DNA of 64,000 nucleotides, from assembly GCA_028534125.1 (NCBI GenBank), contig CM052818.1, positions 27,282,001 through 27,346,000 on the forward strand, read 5' to 3'. The DNA comes from Lama glama. Taxonomy: Eukaryota. Below the pieces are notes generated by a model that was not told where the DNA came from, made no database searches, and saw only the letters and a program-made list of their open reading frames with translations. Every line of letters begins with the position of its first letter. The first letter of the stretch is position 1. The position numbers and the translations under genes were made by a program. This document shows, in pieces, positions 49,856 through 63,000 of this stretch.

Positions 49856-49977
49856 CATTAACACATTCAAAGACATCACAGCACTTTCCAGGTGTCCCAT
49901 CTCCACGAGAGACTATGCGGGGAGTGGATCCCACCTCACACACGGGGAAACCACATAAGCCAGAGAGACACTCGCAT
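49856..49977 (-). CDS. CRIM1: CRIM1 coding exon (probably exon 5), 122 nt; Cys-rich segment with the RGD motif
   Basis: Translates (R)CECLSGLCGFPVCEVGSTPRIVSRGDGTPGKCCDVFECVN, matching recalled CRIM1. Acceptor ...tttcag|A after a pyrimidine tract; donor G|gtacgt. Phase 2 to phase 1. Confidence 0.97.
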
Positions 49978-52900
49978 CTGAAACCAAAGAAAAGGGAGGG
50001 AAAACCCCATGAATAAACAGCAACATAGAAGTGGGGAGACCACAAACAAAGGGGCCGTGGCAAACGACTACCCCTCTCTGTGACACTGTCCCATTTATCT
50101 GGTGTCACTGGGGAACGGGGTCTAACTCAACTGGCATTCCCAGTAATTAGGACTCAGCGCCTTAGTACACTTCCAGATTTTTATCATTAACCATTTTGAC
50201 AGAAATATTCCTAAAATGCATGACTTCATTTCTTACTTAACCAGACTGGTATTGAGCATAACAAACATTTTCTTGATGAGTCAGGGCCATCTTTACATGC
50301 ATACATTATCCTGTTACTCCAGACGTCAGGGATGCTTGCACGGGCTGAGATGGATGCTCCTGCGTTAAGTGATTTTATGTTGCTGCTTTGTTGCTGTTGA
50401 CCTTTAGATGTTTTTCAAAAAATTTTCTGACTCTTCTTTCAACTGCTAGGTTCTTAGCTTTCAGCTTGTGAGTGTGTGTGTCAGTGTGACTGTGCCTACG
50501 AGCAACCTCATCTGGAGTCACACTGATTAACTTATGACTGTGTATAAGAAAAGAGAGATTCTGATGGAAGACTGAGGAACCTTTTATGAACAGAGGGCAC
50601 AGGCTTCAGTAAGTGGACTTTGTGAAGCTATCTGGAAACTGAAAGTCTGAATGTTTTGGCTCTTCCAAGCTGCACGTGGGCATTTCTCTCTACATGCACG
50701 CATGTCAAATATCTCTGCCGGCTCTCAGCCTTAACTTCAACTCTGCTGGGAAACTCGCCTGACCATAGGAAAAGAAGAGGCAGGTGACAATAAGAGGAGA
50801 AAAGATGTTGTCAGCTGCTTGCTGCTGATGTGCTACAATGAAACAGGAGGCAGGAAATGAGCAGCTCAGGGCAGCAGAGTGTCAGGTTGTAAATGTAATA
50901 CGAGGAAAGGGCAGCTAGACTCTGCCCTAGGACTCCCCTGGGGATGGAAGTGTGGGTCAGAGGGTGCAGAGGACCACTAAGGGAGTTCCCACGTTGACAG
51001 GAGTGAAAGGAAGGCATCCTAAAAAGAGACATCCTTGCCGGAAGCATGTGGGTATTTATGTACCTGACGGGTCATGATCAGGGGAAGGTCACATTCCCAG
51101 CAGGGAAGAACTATTAACACTTTAATTCATTAATTCTGTTTTTTCCCCCTCCTTCTTATTTGATGGTTTTGTTCTATTGTTCTTCAGATCTTTCATAAAT
51201 TAAAATGTGCTTATAGTCCACAAGTACTTCAATAATCAGGCTCAGAGGTTTAATTACATTTATACTTTACTGTAGAACTAAAAACAAAATGAATTAAGTT
51301 AAAATTTGCACCAAAGACCATCAGAAAGGTATGAACGACCCCTCTCAGGCTTCTTCCATGTGGGGAGATGGTTATATATAGATTATACTGGAGAAGAGGG
51401 TGTTAGATAATTAAGGATTTGCTGTGATTCTGACTATGGTTTAAAATAAATGTTTGGCTGTTCTGCGTGAGCAAACCTGGGAGCGCTCAATTCATAATCT
51501 GTATTCCTACAGGACAATCACCTTCTACGGCTGGGTAAATCTGAAGTGAGCTTTCAGCCCCTGGTAAAGTTACCCCCCAGTCTTTCATTTTTCAGTGCCT
51601 AGCCACTGTCATTTTAAGCAGATGATCATATCCCTGTGACATCACAGGAACAATATGTCGTTTACATTTATTGCACTTGACACGCTGCACAACTTGAACT
51701 CGGCAGAGTTCACAGACGAATGGGGCCGGGGCACGGAGAGGTTTCCGCCCTGATCCCAGCACCCCACAAGAATGGCTCACTAACCTTTCCCCCACATCTC
51801 TGGGATTCACCTTCTTTCCCACTGATGTGTCCTAGTAAATCACTTTCATTTAAAAACCAGGGAGAATACGATCAACCAACAAATACCTCGTCAGACGCCC
51901 TTCAACCCCTCCGAGACCCCACCGAACACGCACGTGCAGTAGCGCGCCAGGCTTTCTGCTGGGCCGTCAGATCACACCAACCTGAAAACCCTAACCAGCT
52001 TCGCCCTGGGTCTTTTCTTCTCCCTTTCACGGTTGGCCTATTTTCCGAAATTTAAGTACCTCTCTAGTTTTCCTAGAGACCTGTATACATTGTTTCCAGT
52101 ATGTTGCAGAAGATCTAAAACTGCACAAAACTGCATTAGTAACCCACTTAGGAAAGGAAAACCCTTCATGTTGAAACTTTTACTTCTAATCCAGAATGAT
52201 TGCATATTAAAGACCCAAGGATTCAGATGCCCCCACTTTGGCTGGGTGGCCTGCTCTCAGCTCCTCTTCCCTTCTCTACCAGGCCCTTGGAAGCCCCTCC
52301 TACCTACTGCCACCTTTTTGACTTCTCTCAGATTCCCCAAATCTGAGATGAGCAGGTGTTAAAGACCATTAGCACTTTAATAAAGAAGGAGCCAGAAAAG
52401 GTTAAAGTCGGGCTCACACAGACAACTATCAGGAAGGATCTATCAAGTTGAAACTTTACGAAACTACCATTTTTTAAAACTTTAGATCAAAAAAGTCAGA
52501 TAGCCATTTCATAGAGTTCAACACATTCAACATGTGAGTTATCTTTTGACAGATTAGTCCACACATCCTCTAACACACGGGGGCCTCATCAGGACTCTTA
52601 TTTGCTAAGGAAATTTCCTTATTGGCCAAGGTAATTTACTATGCCTACAAATTACATTGAGTCTAAGGTAACTTTAAAAAATGCTATAATAAGATTCGTC
52701 TAGATGCTCTGGTTTACCGACACCAGAGGCAGTCTTCCTTTTTACAGATGGGAATAGGCCCGCAGCCTAATCAACTGACCTGAACTCAAATAAGGTTCCA
52801 GTCTTGTATTTTCCACTACAAGGGGCTGGTCCCGTACTGAGTCATGGAGAGGAAACACTGAATTACAGAGCCACTGAAACATGCAAACTGAATCCTGTCC

Positions 52901-53559
52901 TCACCACCTTTTCTCTTCCTTCTTACTCTTTTTGTCCCCTTCCCCCAGTCTTCCTCTAACCCTCCACCCCTAGGCCTGGATAAAGAGCAAGTGAGGGAAC
53001 CGGGGAAACACGTGGGTCAGTGGCTGAGGAAAGAGGACGAATCTATGAGAAAGAGATTATTCAGCTGACGTCAACACTCACCCTTCAGTTCCAGGACCCC
53101 CTCCCCCGAATTTTCAGGTTCCTACCTTGTCTCCCCTCACTTACGTCTCCCTCTCCATCCCTGCCACACCCGTCCTATGGCTCAGTCTCTCTGCTTCTGC
53201 AGCCGTAAAGCTTCAATTACTCTTCGTTTAACTGATCAACTTTTCAGTCAAAGATTCAACACTCTCAGGCCCACACATCTTTCCCCAAACTCTATCTCGC
53301 AGTACTTCTCTTCATTCTCCGTATGCCACAGTCGCCTTCTATTCTCCTCACGAGCCCTCCCCTTGCTGTCTTTGCACGGCTCACCCTACTCCGTCCTGAA
53401 CGTTCCTTATCCATCCCTCGTCTCCAGCTGTCTGTCTAGATACCATCTGTCTTTCCAGACCAACCTGAAATAATAACAGCTCCTCTCTGACACCCCGAAT
53501 ACCACACTTCTCTTTGGACACCTGGAGCAGAAGTGCTGAGGGCGCTTATAAAGAAAATA

Positions 53560-53815
53560 AGTAGCAGCTTTAGTGAGATACAATTCACACACTGTAAAAC
53601 TCATCCTTTTAAAGCATATACAGTTCATTGGTTTTTACACTTGCAGGGTTGCGCCACCCTCACCACTGCCAAATTTTAGAACATTTTCATCAGCTCAAAA
53701 AGCAAGCCTATACTCCTCATTTCTCCTCCTCCAGCCCCGGGAACAATTTATGTCCTGTCTCTATGGGTCTACCTATTTTGGTCAGTTCATATAAACAAAA
53801 TCATACAATACATGG
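53560..53815 (-). mobile_element. old L1M 3'UTR fragment
   Basis: 'agctttagtgagatacaattcacacactgtaaaactcatccttttaaagcatatacagttcattggttttta...aattttagaacattttcatca' is a reverse L1 3' end, similar to the reverse complement of 43430-43680. Confidence 0.85.
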
Positions 53816-54744
53816 GCTGACGGCTTTTAACTTCAAACAAGAAGTAACTTCTGTTTGCAATACGCCAGGGGAAAAAAAAAATCAAGCCTCTCATGTTATC
53901 CTGACGATTAAGATAACGCTCCATCAAGGTACCACATTAATAAATCTGTGCATAATGCAATCGCAGCTGCAGCCAGCTAGGTCGGTTAAGCTGTCTCGTC
54001 CTCTCTTCAGTGGGTAATGCCTTCAGCTCAGTGGGCATGCAGGCGCCTGAGTACAATGACGAACAGCACTCAGATATCATCTAAGCCCCTAGAGGGCACT
54101 CCCCTCCTTGGGAGCCCCGTGCCGGCTCGCTCCACGGGCTGAGAGGCAGTGCACACTCGGGCTTTCCCTTCCTGTCGTTGGCTTCCTGGTCTACACAGGC
54201 AGGCCCGGGAGTGCCAGAGGCCAGAATCCCAGCACACCTGACAAGGTGCCCCAAGTCTAGCCTCTGCTTATCGTTCAGCTCCCACATTCTACTGGCGCCT
54301 CATTTGCTCAGCACGTGAGTGATGAGGGCTGAAGCCCCTACTCTTACCACCCGGTGCCACAGGTCCCTCAGCCTCAAATCCCTGCCTCTCCTTTGCCCCT
54401 GGTGAATACCACACAGCCTTCAGGCTCCCCACCCTACAAGGCCTTTTCTGATCAAAAAAGCAATCAGGATTAATTCTGTCTCTTCTGATCTCCAATCATA
54501 CACAGGAATACCAAACCCCTGGAGTGTATCTGCTCGTCCTACGAAATCAAAATCCTACTCTTTTTCCTGTGAACTCCCCTAGTGCAGGGGGTATGTCCAC
54601 AGGTAAATGAAAAGACGATATAAAGGCATCCAAACAATAATATGGAATAAACATTTTTTTTTCATGGCTAGTGAGTCAGAGATTAGACCATGCATTGTTT
54701 TTAGTTTTTATTTTTATAAATTTTAGGCTTAGAGCTAACAGGTG

Positions 54745-54913
54745 CAATCCTTTTCAAAATTGGTGCACGAAGGGAAAGACTATGGAATTTGTCTGGAATG
54801 CAGATTCCAGGGTGCCACCCGCAAGGACCCTCAAGGACCCTGCAAGTTTGGGGCAGGGCTCTCCAGGAGACTCCACTGGAGGGGATCTGGGACCCACCTT
54901 CTGAGCAACTTGC
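54745..54913. mobile_element. probable MER5-like hAT-Charlie non-autonomous DNA transposon
   Basis: 'ggaatttgtctggaatgcagattccagggtgccaccc...ctgggacccaccttctgagcaacttgct' resembles the recalled MER5 internal and terminal sequence. Confidence 0.55.
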
Positions 54914-57900
54914 TCCTTACAGTGCAGTGCCTCAGTCACTGCAATTTAATTCGCACTTCCCATTGGAAAAAGCCACATAAAGCAGTTTTATCATTTTAAT
55001 TAGCAGCACATTTTGATCAGGAGCACTTGCTTTCCATCATTTACAAAGACTCTTTCCTGCCTAAATACAGCTGCCTATGAGTGAGAGACATGTAGAGTCA
55101 AGAAAATAATAACTTTGTTTACGATCCAACACCATCATCCATCAGAAAATGGATGACTAGCTCTGGGATGCTCAGTTCTCATCCATAAAACAGAGATGAG
55201 ATGGTTAGACCAAAATAAGCTTTTCTCCATCTATAAAATCCCACGACTCCATTACTGCCATTTCCATTCCCATCTCTGTGAGTCTCATCCCATCTCAGCT
55301 CCTTCTCCGGCTCCTCCTTGTCTGCACCCTGTCCTCGGAGCACGTCACAATCCACCCTCCCACACTCACCTCCTGCCTCCTCCACCTCACCGCGCACCTC
55401 AACCCTCAGGCCCAGCCCAGGATGTCTTGTCTCTGATGCTTTTTTTTCTTGGAGGGGAAATGCAGGGCAACATTGCCTGAGGCTGGTGTCTCCCTATCAC
55501 CAGGCATGTCTTCCTAATTAAACTGGAGACTCAAGAGTTTGTTTCACCAGAATGGCTAAAGAACTGGTAATGGCTGCTAAACCACAGGGACTTAGAAGTT
55601 GCCCGGGGGAGAGGAGTCCTCCTGGCCACTCCCACCACCACTCAGCAAACCAGCAGAGGATCAGACTCACCTTCCCCAAGCAGATCCTTATCCCTGCCCC
55701 TGTCCCCAAGGGAAAGTAACCCCTGCAAGCACGTCTCCCAATCCGGAACTTATTCCACATCCGAACTGAGTGTTGAGTCCTTCAAAAGGGGAGAATCACT
55801 GTCTATAAATCAAAAACTACTCAGCTTAGGTGGGAGAGACTACTCCCTTTAAACAGGAAATAAGAATAAATGGTGAATTAAAAGGGCAAAGCATGAGTAC
55901 TACTAGGATTCCACACACGGTGTAATAATGAAATAACTGCCAGGAACGGAAGTCATAATGACACATAAAACATATTCCTATTCTACAAAAAGTACTTTCA
56001 GCTTTAATTAAATTTGATGTACTATCTTTCCACTGATTAAATTTCTTACCTCTTTCCAGGAATGTATAAGTTAAAAAAAAAAGACTGCAAATAAAATATC
56101 AAAAAAGAAATGAGTTTCCCATTTGAAGGTCCAACTATCCTGATGGAAAATTGTACTCCTCCCTACAGAACTCTCTTGGGATCATCATGTTTCTCGCCCT
56201 AAGATTTACTACTCACTAAGTAACAAGCCCTCCTTCTCCCTTTCTCAAGCTAATCATGCAAGATCTGTCTCTTGCATTTCCACCACCCTGACAGCGGTTA
56301 GACACGTGCATGGCCCAGCTCTGAGGGTCACATACCTCCTTCCAGAAGCTTCCCCCCTCTTCTTTCATGGCGAGCTGCTACCTTTACAACCAGACACCTG
56401 GCAGGCTCCTCGCCACTTTCCCTTCAGAGACAACAAGGAAATTATTCTGTGTTTCTGGTTGTTGTTGTTCTGTTTTGCTTTTTCCTGCAGGGAGCAACTG
56501 ACGGACATGCTCCAGTTCAGGAACGGTGTAAACTGAGGGCGCCCAAGTGCAATATTCCCCTGCATCTCCTAGTACACAGTATTAGTCACAATCACCAAGT
56601 CCACTGGAGGCCTTAATGAAGCAGTCATCAGAGCTCCCTCAAGGGGCAGATGGCAGAGGCTTACTCCTCAAGGCTGGCCTGTGGCTCAGGGAACCTATCC
56701 CAGAGTACAAAGGAGAGGGAAGAGGTACAGCTTGTAGGACAACAGAAGCTGTGGGCCCACAAGGCTCCTGGAAGATCTGCACGGTATCTCCCAGAATGAA
56801 GCCCCGCAGTAAGGAAGTGAGAGGAAGGCAACGGCACTTCACACACGTTACCTCCCGGGGCTGCTTAAAGACGACGGATGATGAGGTGGCTAGACCAAAA
56901 TGAGCTCTTCTCTAACTATAAAATCTGGGGAAGCTCCCCAGAGACTCCCTCCTGCAGCAGGGGAGCCAGGGGCGCAGACACACAGCTGGAAAGCATCCCC
57001 AGGGCCCGTGCCCCTGTGGGAATGTGAGAGCAGGGCCCAGCAGGCATCCTGAACCAAACTCAGTTCGGCCCAGCAACCTGGTAACAACCACGTCCCAGGA
57101 CATGAGGGCTCTCTGCCTTCACCTGCCCAGGCCTAGGAGACACTGGCATGTGCTTCCATGGTGGGCAAGACAGCTGCAGAGACGGGGCAGGAGGGAGATG
57201 CACGGAGAACCAGAAGGAAAAGCGGGAAAGAGGGGGAACAGCACGCCGCCCTCTGGGAAGGAGGAGGAAGGGGTCTGGTGGGCAGAGTAAGCGTTAAGAG
57301 AGCAACATCAGGTGTTCCCATTTCAGAGCTGGACTCGCTGACTTCATGAGGAATGCATGCTCTGGAACGTGGATCTGCTTGCTGGTGGACACGCAATGAT
57401 CCTGTCACCGTCTGCCGAGTGGGTGCGTGCAGCAGGCACCCAGCTGGGTGGGGCTGGGGCACACGGGGTCCTGGCCCTCCACTTAGGAAGTCTGGTTTAG
57501 GGAGGTGTTGGGTCTATATAATCACAAATAAGAACACAATGGGTTGTGGACTATTCTGTCTCCTCCCTGGAGCCCATGAGGAACAAACAGCCAGCGACAT
57601 CAGGACTGAACCTCCTATCTGAAAATCTGGACAAATCTCCGCTGCCTGGGCTGCTAACGCTCCTTCAGGTCCTCAGAGCCACTTGTGGCGCTGAAACCGC
57701 TGGCTCTGAGCATGTGTCCACTGGATCCCCGTGGGCTCCCGATTCCCAGACCTCTCATCCTTGTCATCAGTGCAAAGTACAAGGTCCTCCGGTCTCCCGT
57801 CCTCAAGGGCACACACATCCCCACAGAGAACCGCTCTGCCTCCCAGGGGCTCCTCCTTCCACGCCCACCTCTCTGCCGTCCCTCGCCCTTACTCTCTCAG

Positions 57901-58134
57901 CATCTTAACACATCACAAAGTGCACCACTCATATCTGCTCTCACCCTTACCTAGCTCACCTGAAAATGCTGTTTCCCTACAATGAGGCCGTGAACTTCCC
58001 CACACTAACGCTTCACCTGGGCTGGAAGGGAGGCCTGCGTTCTCCAAGTTGACCACAGGCTAGCCCCAGGCTATGGCTTTCCTCTCTCATGCCAGCCCTC
58101 CCTCTCTGTGGCTCTGTCTTCTGCCCATTTCCTA

Positions 58135-58390
58135 CGGGAGTGGAGGTTCAGAGAAAGCACTCTGACATCCGGCAGTCTTGGGTTTCAGTGCTGGCCACTT
58201 AGAGGCTTGGTGACCTTGGGCATTACATCATCTCTCTGAGCTTCACTTGTACCATATGTAGGATGGGGATGATTAAGGTGCCCATATCTCATGGGACTGC
58301 TATGTGGATTAAATAAACTGATACATGAAAAGTCCCCAAGATAGTGCCTGGAGCACAGAAGCACTCAACACCTGTTAGCTATTTTATATC
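58135..58390 (+). mobile_element. near full-length MIR SINE
   Basis: 'ggccacttagaggcttggtgaccttgggca...tctctctgagcttcac...gtggattaaataa...atagtgcctggagcacagaagcactcaacacctgttagctatt'. Confidence 0.85.
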
Positions 58391-59254
58391 ATTATAATCT
58401 GGAAGGCATCCATGTCTACATGGAGGAAGCATTTTCAACATCCTGATCTCACTTGATGTTTTGGAACCAGTGACCCTTGCTGCCCCCTCCACTGCAGTCA
58501 CTTACTCCAACAGCCATAGTTCCTTCAAATCTCAAAGATCCTACTGGCTGAGCACAATGTTTCATCTTTTCTTCCAGTTTCCCTGTGCTCAGGCTCCCAC
58601 CGCACTGACTCTTCATCCCTAAGAAATCTGCTCCCAAACCTTTCCCCATTCTCAGCCTGGGCCTCATCCTGATTGTACATCCTTAATAACAGAGCCTCAA
58701 ACCAACAGCGTTTTACCTGAGCCACGACTCTCCACGAGGCCTTCACATTTCCTGTGCCTTTAACCTCCCCACCATATTGTGTCCCTCGACACCAAACCAA
58801 GTTAGTTAAACCCAGAGACAGCAAACCAGACTGTTCATTCAAAGCATAGTGGGATACTACAGACAACCCCAGGGGGTCTGTGCCCTCTGAGGGGGCGTCC
58901 CTATTACTCCATGCAGAATCACACAGTCAACGTTGGTATACCTTCCAATTGCTCAAGAGAAGCCAGGTTTTTATGTGAAGCATCTGTTTTTAAATGTTGA
59001 TGACTAACTGAAAGATGCAAAAAAAAAAAAAAGGCAAATCAAAGAAAACATGCCTTGGGGTCAAATTCAGCCCCAAGGAGGCTGCCAACCACAAACTGTG
59101 ATTCAAACCAATGATGGCTAGGGGGGGTGGGGGAGAGCACCTACCTGGCAGTATTTATTCTACATCTTCAGCACTGAAGTCCCTCATGTGTCTAACAGAC
59201 CTCCACTCATCCCTAAGGGCCATTCTTCCATGATGCTTTCTCTGACTCTAGACA

Positions 59255-59610
59255 CAAGATGAAGAGCTGACGCTGGGTGTATACATGTGAGCAGGGGGCT
59301 GTGAGTGGGCACAGATGTGATGTGTCCATCAACCATGAGGAAGCGGGGCTGGAGGGAAAGACCTTCCAGGAAGAGGGAAGCATCTACTCACATTCACAGA
59401 ATATAGTGTGTTTCGGCTGGAGCCAATGGTTCAGCCACCAGGAGCATATTATGTGTTGGGATGGGGACTGGGGGATATTGTGAGGGGACTTGCAAGAGAC
59501 ATGGCGAGTGAGGTAGTCCAGAGCTGGGTAGTAACGGTCCTCGTGTACCATACTAAGAAGTATCTTTAACTGAAAGCAATAGGAAAGTAATGAATATCTT
59601 TAACAAGTGA
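59255..59610 (-). mobile_element. L2 LINE fragment
   Basis: Purine-rich reverse L2 pattern 'ggagggaaagaccttccaggaagagggaagcatc...ggctggagc...gtaccatactaagaagt...ttaactgaaagcaataggaaag'. Confidence 0.55.
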
Positions 59611-59754
59611 TGTAGTCTTGCACAAGGGTGGTTATCTGAGGAAGAAAACCAACTCTGTCATAAATTCCATTTTTCTTGAATCATAAAGATAGGTGGGATT
59701 ACTGCTACTATGTTAAGTTGCAAGACACGTTAATAGTTTAAAAATCAGTGACCA

Positions 59755-60052
59755 CAATAGCCTAGAATGCCCTTTCCCCTCTCTCCATCTGGTGAACTCT
59801 GACTCATTCTTAAAGACTCAGTTCAAAAGTCAAATCCAACAGTTTTCCAAATCAAAACAGTATTTCTTTGCTCTGTGAGCTTACTGTTTTTGGTATACTT
59901 CTACTTCTAAAGCACATGGCACTTTAAAGTGCAGTGATTCCTACATATCTGTCTTCCCTTTAGACTCTAAGCTCTTTGATATCGGTGTCTGTGTCTTATT
60001 CCTACAAGGTTAGCATAGTGCCTTGCATGGGATAAATACTCAAATATCTGTT
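59755..60052 (+). mobile_element. L2 LINE 3'-end fragment
   Basis: 'gcctagaatgccctttcccc...actcattcttaaagactcagttcaaa...tagactctaagctctttga...agcatagtgccttgcatgggataaatactcaaatatctgtt' resembles the L2 3' end. Confidence 0.7.
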
Positions 60053-63000
60053 CTCTAAGCAGACCACAACCACTATGGGATTCTGATGCTAGGGCTTGCC
60101 ACAGATTAACTTTCTACAAATTTAACTAAAAGCATGTACTGAGTATTCACGTATGCTAGGCACTGATAAGAGAGAGATCTATAAGGTGCATCTCTGTCCT
60201 CAAAAAGGTACACACTCTAATGTCTCAAGAAGTGCCATAAGCATCTCCAAGAATCTATGCTACAGTAGACTGGAGATCAGAGTACTCCTTCATCTTACCA
60301 CAAGAGTCAAGACATACAGACAAAGGCAAAATCAGGAAAGGATCATTTAAAATGCACTTGTCTGTGTAATACATTCACAACAGACTACCTGAGCATCAAG
60401 TCCAAAAGAAACCAGCTGTATCCACCTTCAGGGGTGCAGTCAAGCAGTTAGATGTCTACTTGGCAAATATAACCTTGAACTCTCTGCAAACTGTCTCTAC
60501 ACAATGATGTATCGCTTCCATCCAACGTAAGGGTGCAAAGGAAGAGTAAAATATAGCCCACAAAATTTGGGGTTGCTTTTAGTATTTTCAGAAGAGGTAC
60601 GGTTTTAACATTTTAGATTTTCTCATTAGTTACGTACATAACTTTACAAAACATTTTTGCAGAACTGACTGGAGCTATTCTTCCGTTTGGCTGGGTCATG
60701 ATGATGATGATACCAAACGAGGGTGGGTGGGGAAAGCCCTGAGGGTCAATATTATCCATGCTTTGGATTCCGCTTTCCAACTTTACTGAAAGTCTTGTGG
60801 AACTCGGCTAAGTTACCTTCCTTGAGGGAGAGTCAGAGGGTCATGTATTTAATTGTCTGGTGACGGTCAGACTCACTCAGATCAAACTGAAAGCCCCTGA
60901 GTGAGACCCTTGAGTTGTTTCAGGACTAAAACAAATATAAAATAAGACGAGACACTGGTCAAATGCATGGTGAGACACAAAAGGCTTAAGGCACTAGTAT
61001 AGGAAGTGCAGGGCTTACGCATCTGAAGCAAATTATTGACAAATTAAACTATTAGGGAGATAGTTCATCTCCAATGGGCAAAGGCTTTACTTCTAGGAAA
61101 GCATATTTTCTTCATTCTGGGGTTAAGTCCAATAATAACATGGAATTCCTACAATTATTTTGTTTTAAAAACATCAGAGTTTAATATAGTCTCTGGCTTT
61201 TTTAGTTATGAGTTGACTTGCTCTTTGGGGCCAAAAATTACTGTGACAGAGGGCAAAAGAATAGATGTTCTTTTCTTAGTTGAGAAAGAAGGGCTTCAAA
61301 TATGTTTCCAAATTTTTTCTGCATGTGTTTAAAAAACAGAAGATGCTACCATGATAGTACATCAAGAGTCAGGAATGTTTTAAATGTGTGCTAGGCTAAT
61401 GCATATTTTACATATTGTATAATTTAATTTTATTTATTCCCCACAAGGATCTGGATAAATTATTCAAATTAAAGGGAAACAACTGAAAAGTGAACTGAAT
61501 TAGAGAAATTTGTCTACTAATATACTAATCTTAGAGAAAAAAAAACTCAAAACTGTTATTAAGTGTCATCTTCTTCAAGAGAATGTCTTGGGAACAGATG
61601 GACGTGATAATTAATTATAAGGCTCTTAATTTGACAAATTCCTTTTGAAAATGCATATTCAGGGACAATTTCCACTGGTTAGCTGGAGTAAGCATGACAC
61701 AGCAACTTAATCACCAAGCACAATGCTGAGAGTACAGGGTTCTACAACAAATGTTATCTGATGATCTACAGAACTTAATACTGTCTCAGAGAAGAACGGA
61801 CGGGGGAGGTTCCCTGAGCTTTAAGAAGAACCTGCCATTCCAAGCCACCCCCTCGAAGTGTCTGCCTCTGACACACGTCTGCTTGGGCTGATGTGCCCTG
61901 GGATGACAGTCCTGCCTGTCCTCTATATTCCTGACCCTTGGGTAACCCACCCACCCACCACTCCGGCCCCCCAACACCCTCCCCTAAAGGTGTCAACCAG
62001 CAGAAAGATGGGCTGATGCTCTGGAGACAAGACTTGACTGGGGAGCTCTGGAAAGTGGAACCACCGAAGCATAAGGACAGCAGCAAAGAGGAAGTTAAAG
62101 GACTCTTGACACCGTCACTTCAAAACTACTACTCAAAAGAGGCAGACGTTAATGGAGCAGAGGCGTGAGGTGGGACTTCTCTGTAACATCTTACATGGGA
62201 CCTGCAGATTCCAAGCTTTGGAACTACAGGCAAATATGGAGGGATATGAAAAAAACCATCATCGGTGATTCTGTGTGTGCATGTGCGTTTTGGTCTCTGA
62301 TCTCTTAGTTTGGATTTAAAGTCTGCCTATTACCTATATCGCTTTTTTTTTTAAACACAGTTTTCATTATTTGGTAGAAAGTCAGTCTATGGATTGATTC
62401 TTTCTGGAAGGCAGATTACTATGTGTGTGTGTATTTTCCCTTCATATTACCTTTAAAAGGTCTGAAACTTTTCTGAGACCAGCAGAGGTGATAAATGTAA
62501 GGTGCTGGGTTCCTTCAAGCCTGGGCCCTGTCTTATAAGCATCACCGAGCCCAGTGTTCTCTGTCTTCCATGAGGTTCTCAATGAGTTTTGGGCATTTAA
62601 CTGAGCATTTTCAAATCTGCACCTTGTTTTCATTCACTGTAGCTTTGTGATTAGATTAACTTTGATTTAACTCAAGTGCTTCTGATGGAAAGGGACAAAT
62701 TGCCAAAGATTCCATTCTGCTGGCTTCATCTGGGATGAGTCAATTTCAGGCTGTAAATTCTGAAACCCCAGGAAGTTTCTTTTCTAAATATCTACATCTA
62801 GTCAAAAGAAACAGTGTGCCACCATCTGCTAAGACTCTATTATCATAATACAACATAGCACCAACAGGACAAATTTTCTTGAGAGCACAAAGAAATCAGA
62901 ATGCAGGAATACGAACTAAGCATCCAAGAATCTGCAACCGGAAACAGTGGAGTATGACTATCTAGATGTTGTAGTGAAAGAAAAGAAAATTCATGATCTT

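Noticed and set aside
56300..58000. Dense short ORFs or a CpG island in a GC-rich stretch
   Set aside because: No recognisable domains or splice logic. CpG stays sparse relative to GpC, and higher GC content simply lowers stop-codon frequency.
58866..58900. CTCF site (ccctctgagggggcg)
   Set aside because: Only the 3' half fits the CCASYAGRKGGCR consensus.
61780..62190. Minus-strand LTR ending at ...ctctgtaaca
   Set aside because: Only one plausible terminus and a GC shift; no second end, TSD or family that I can identify.
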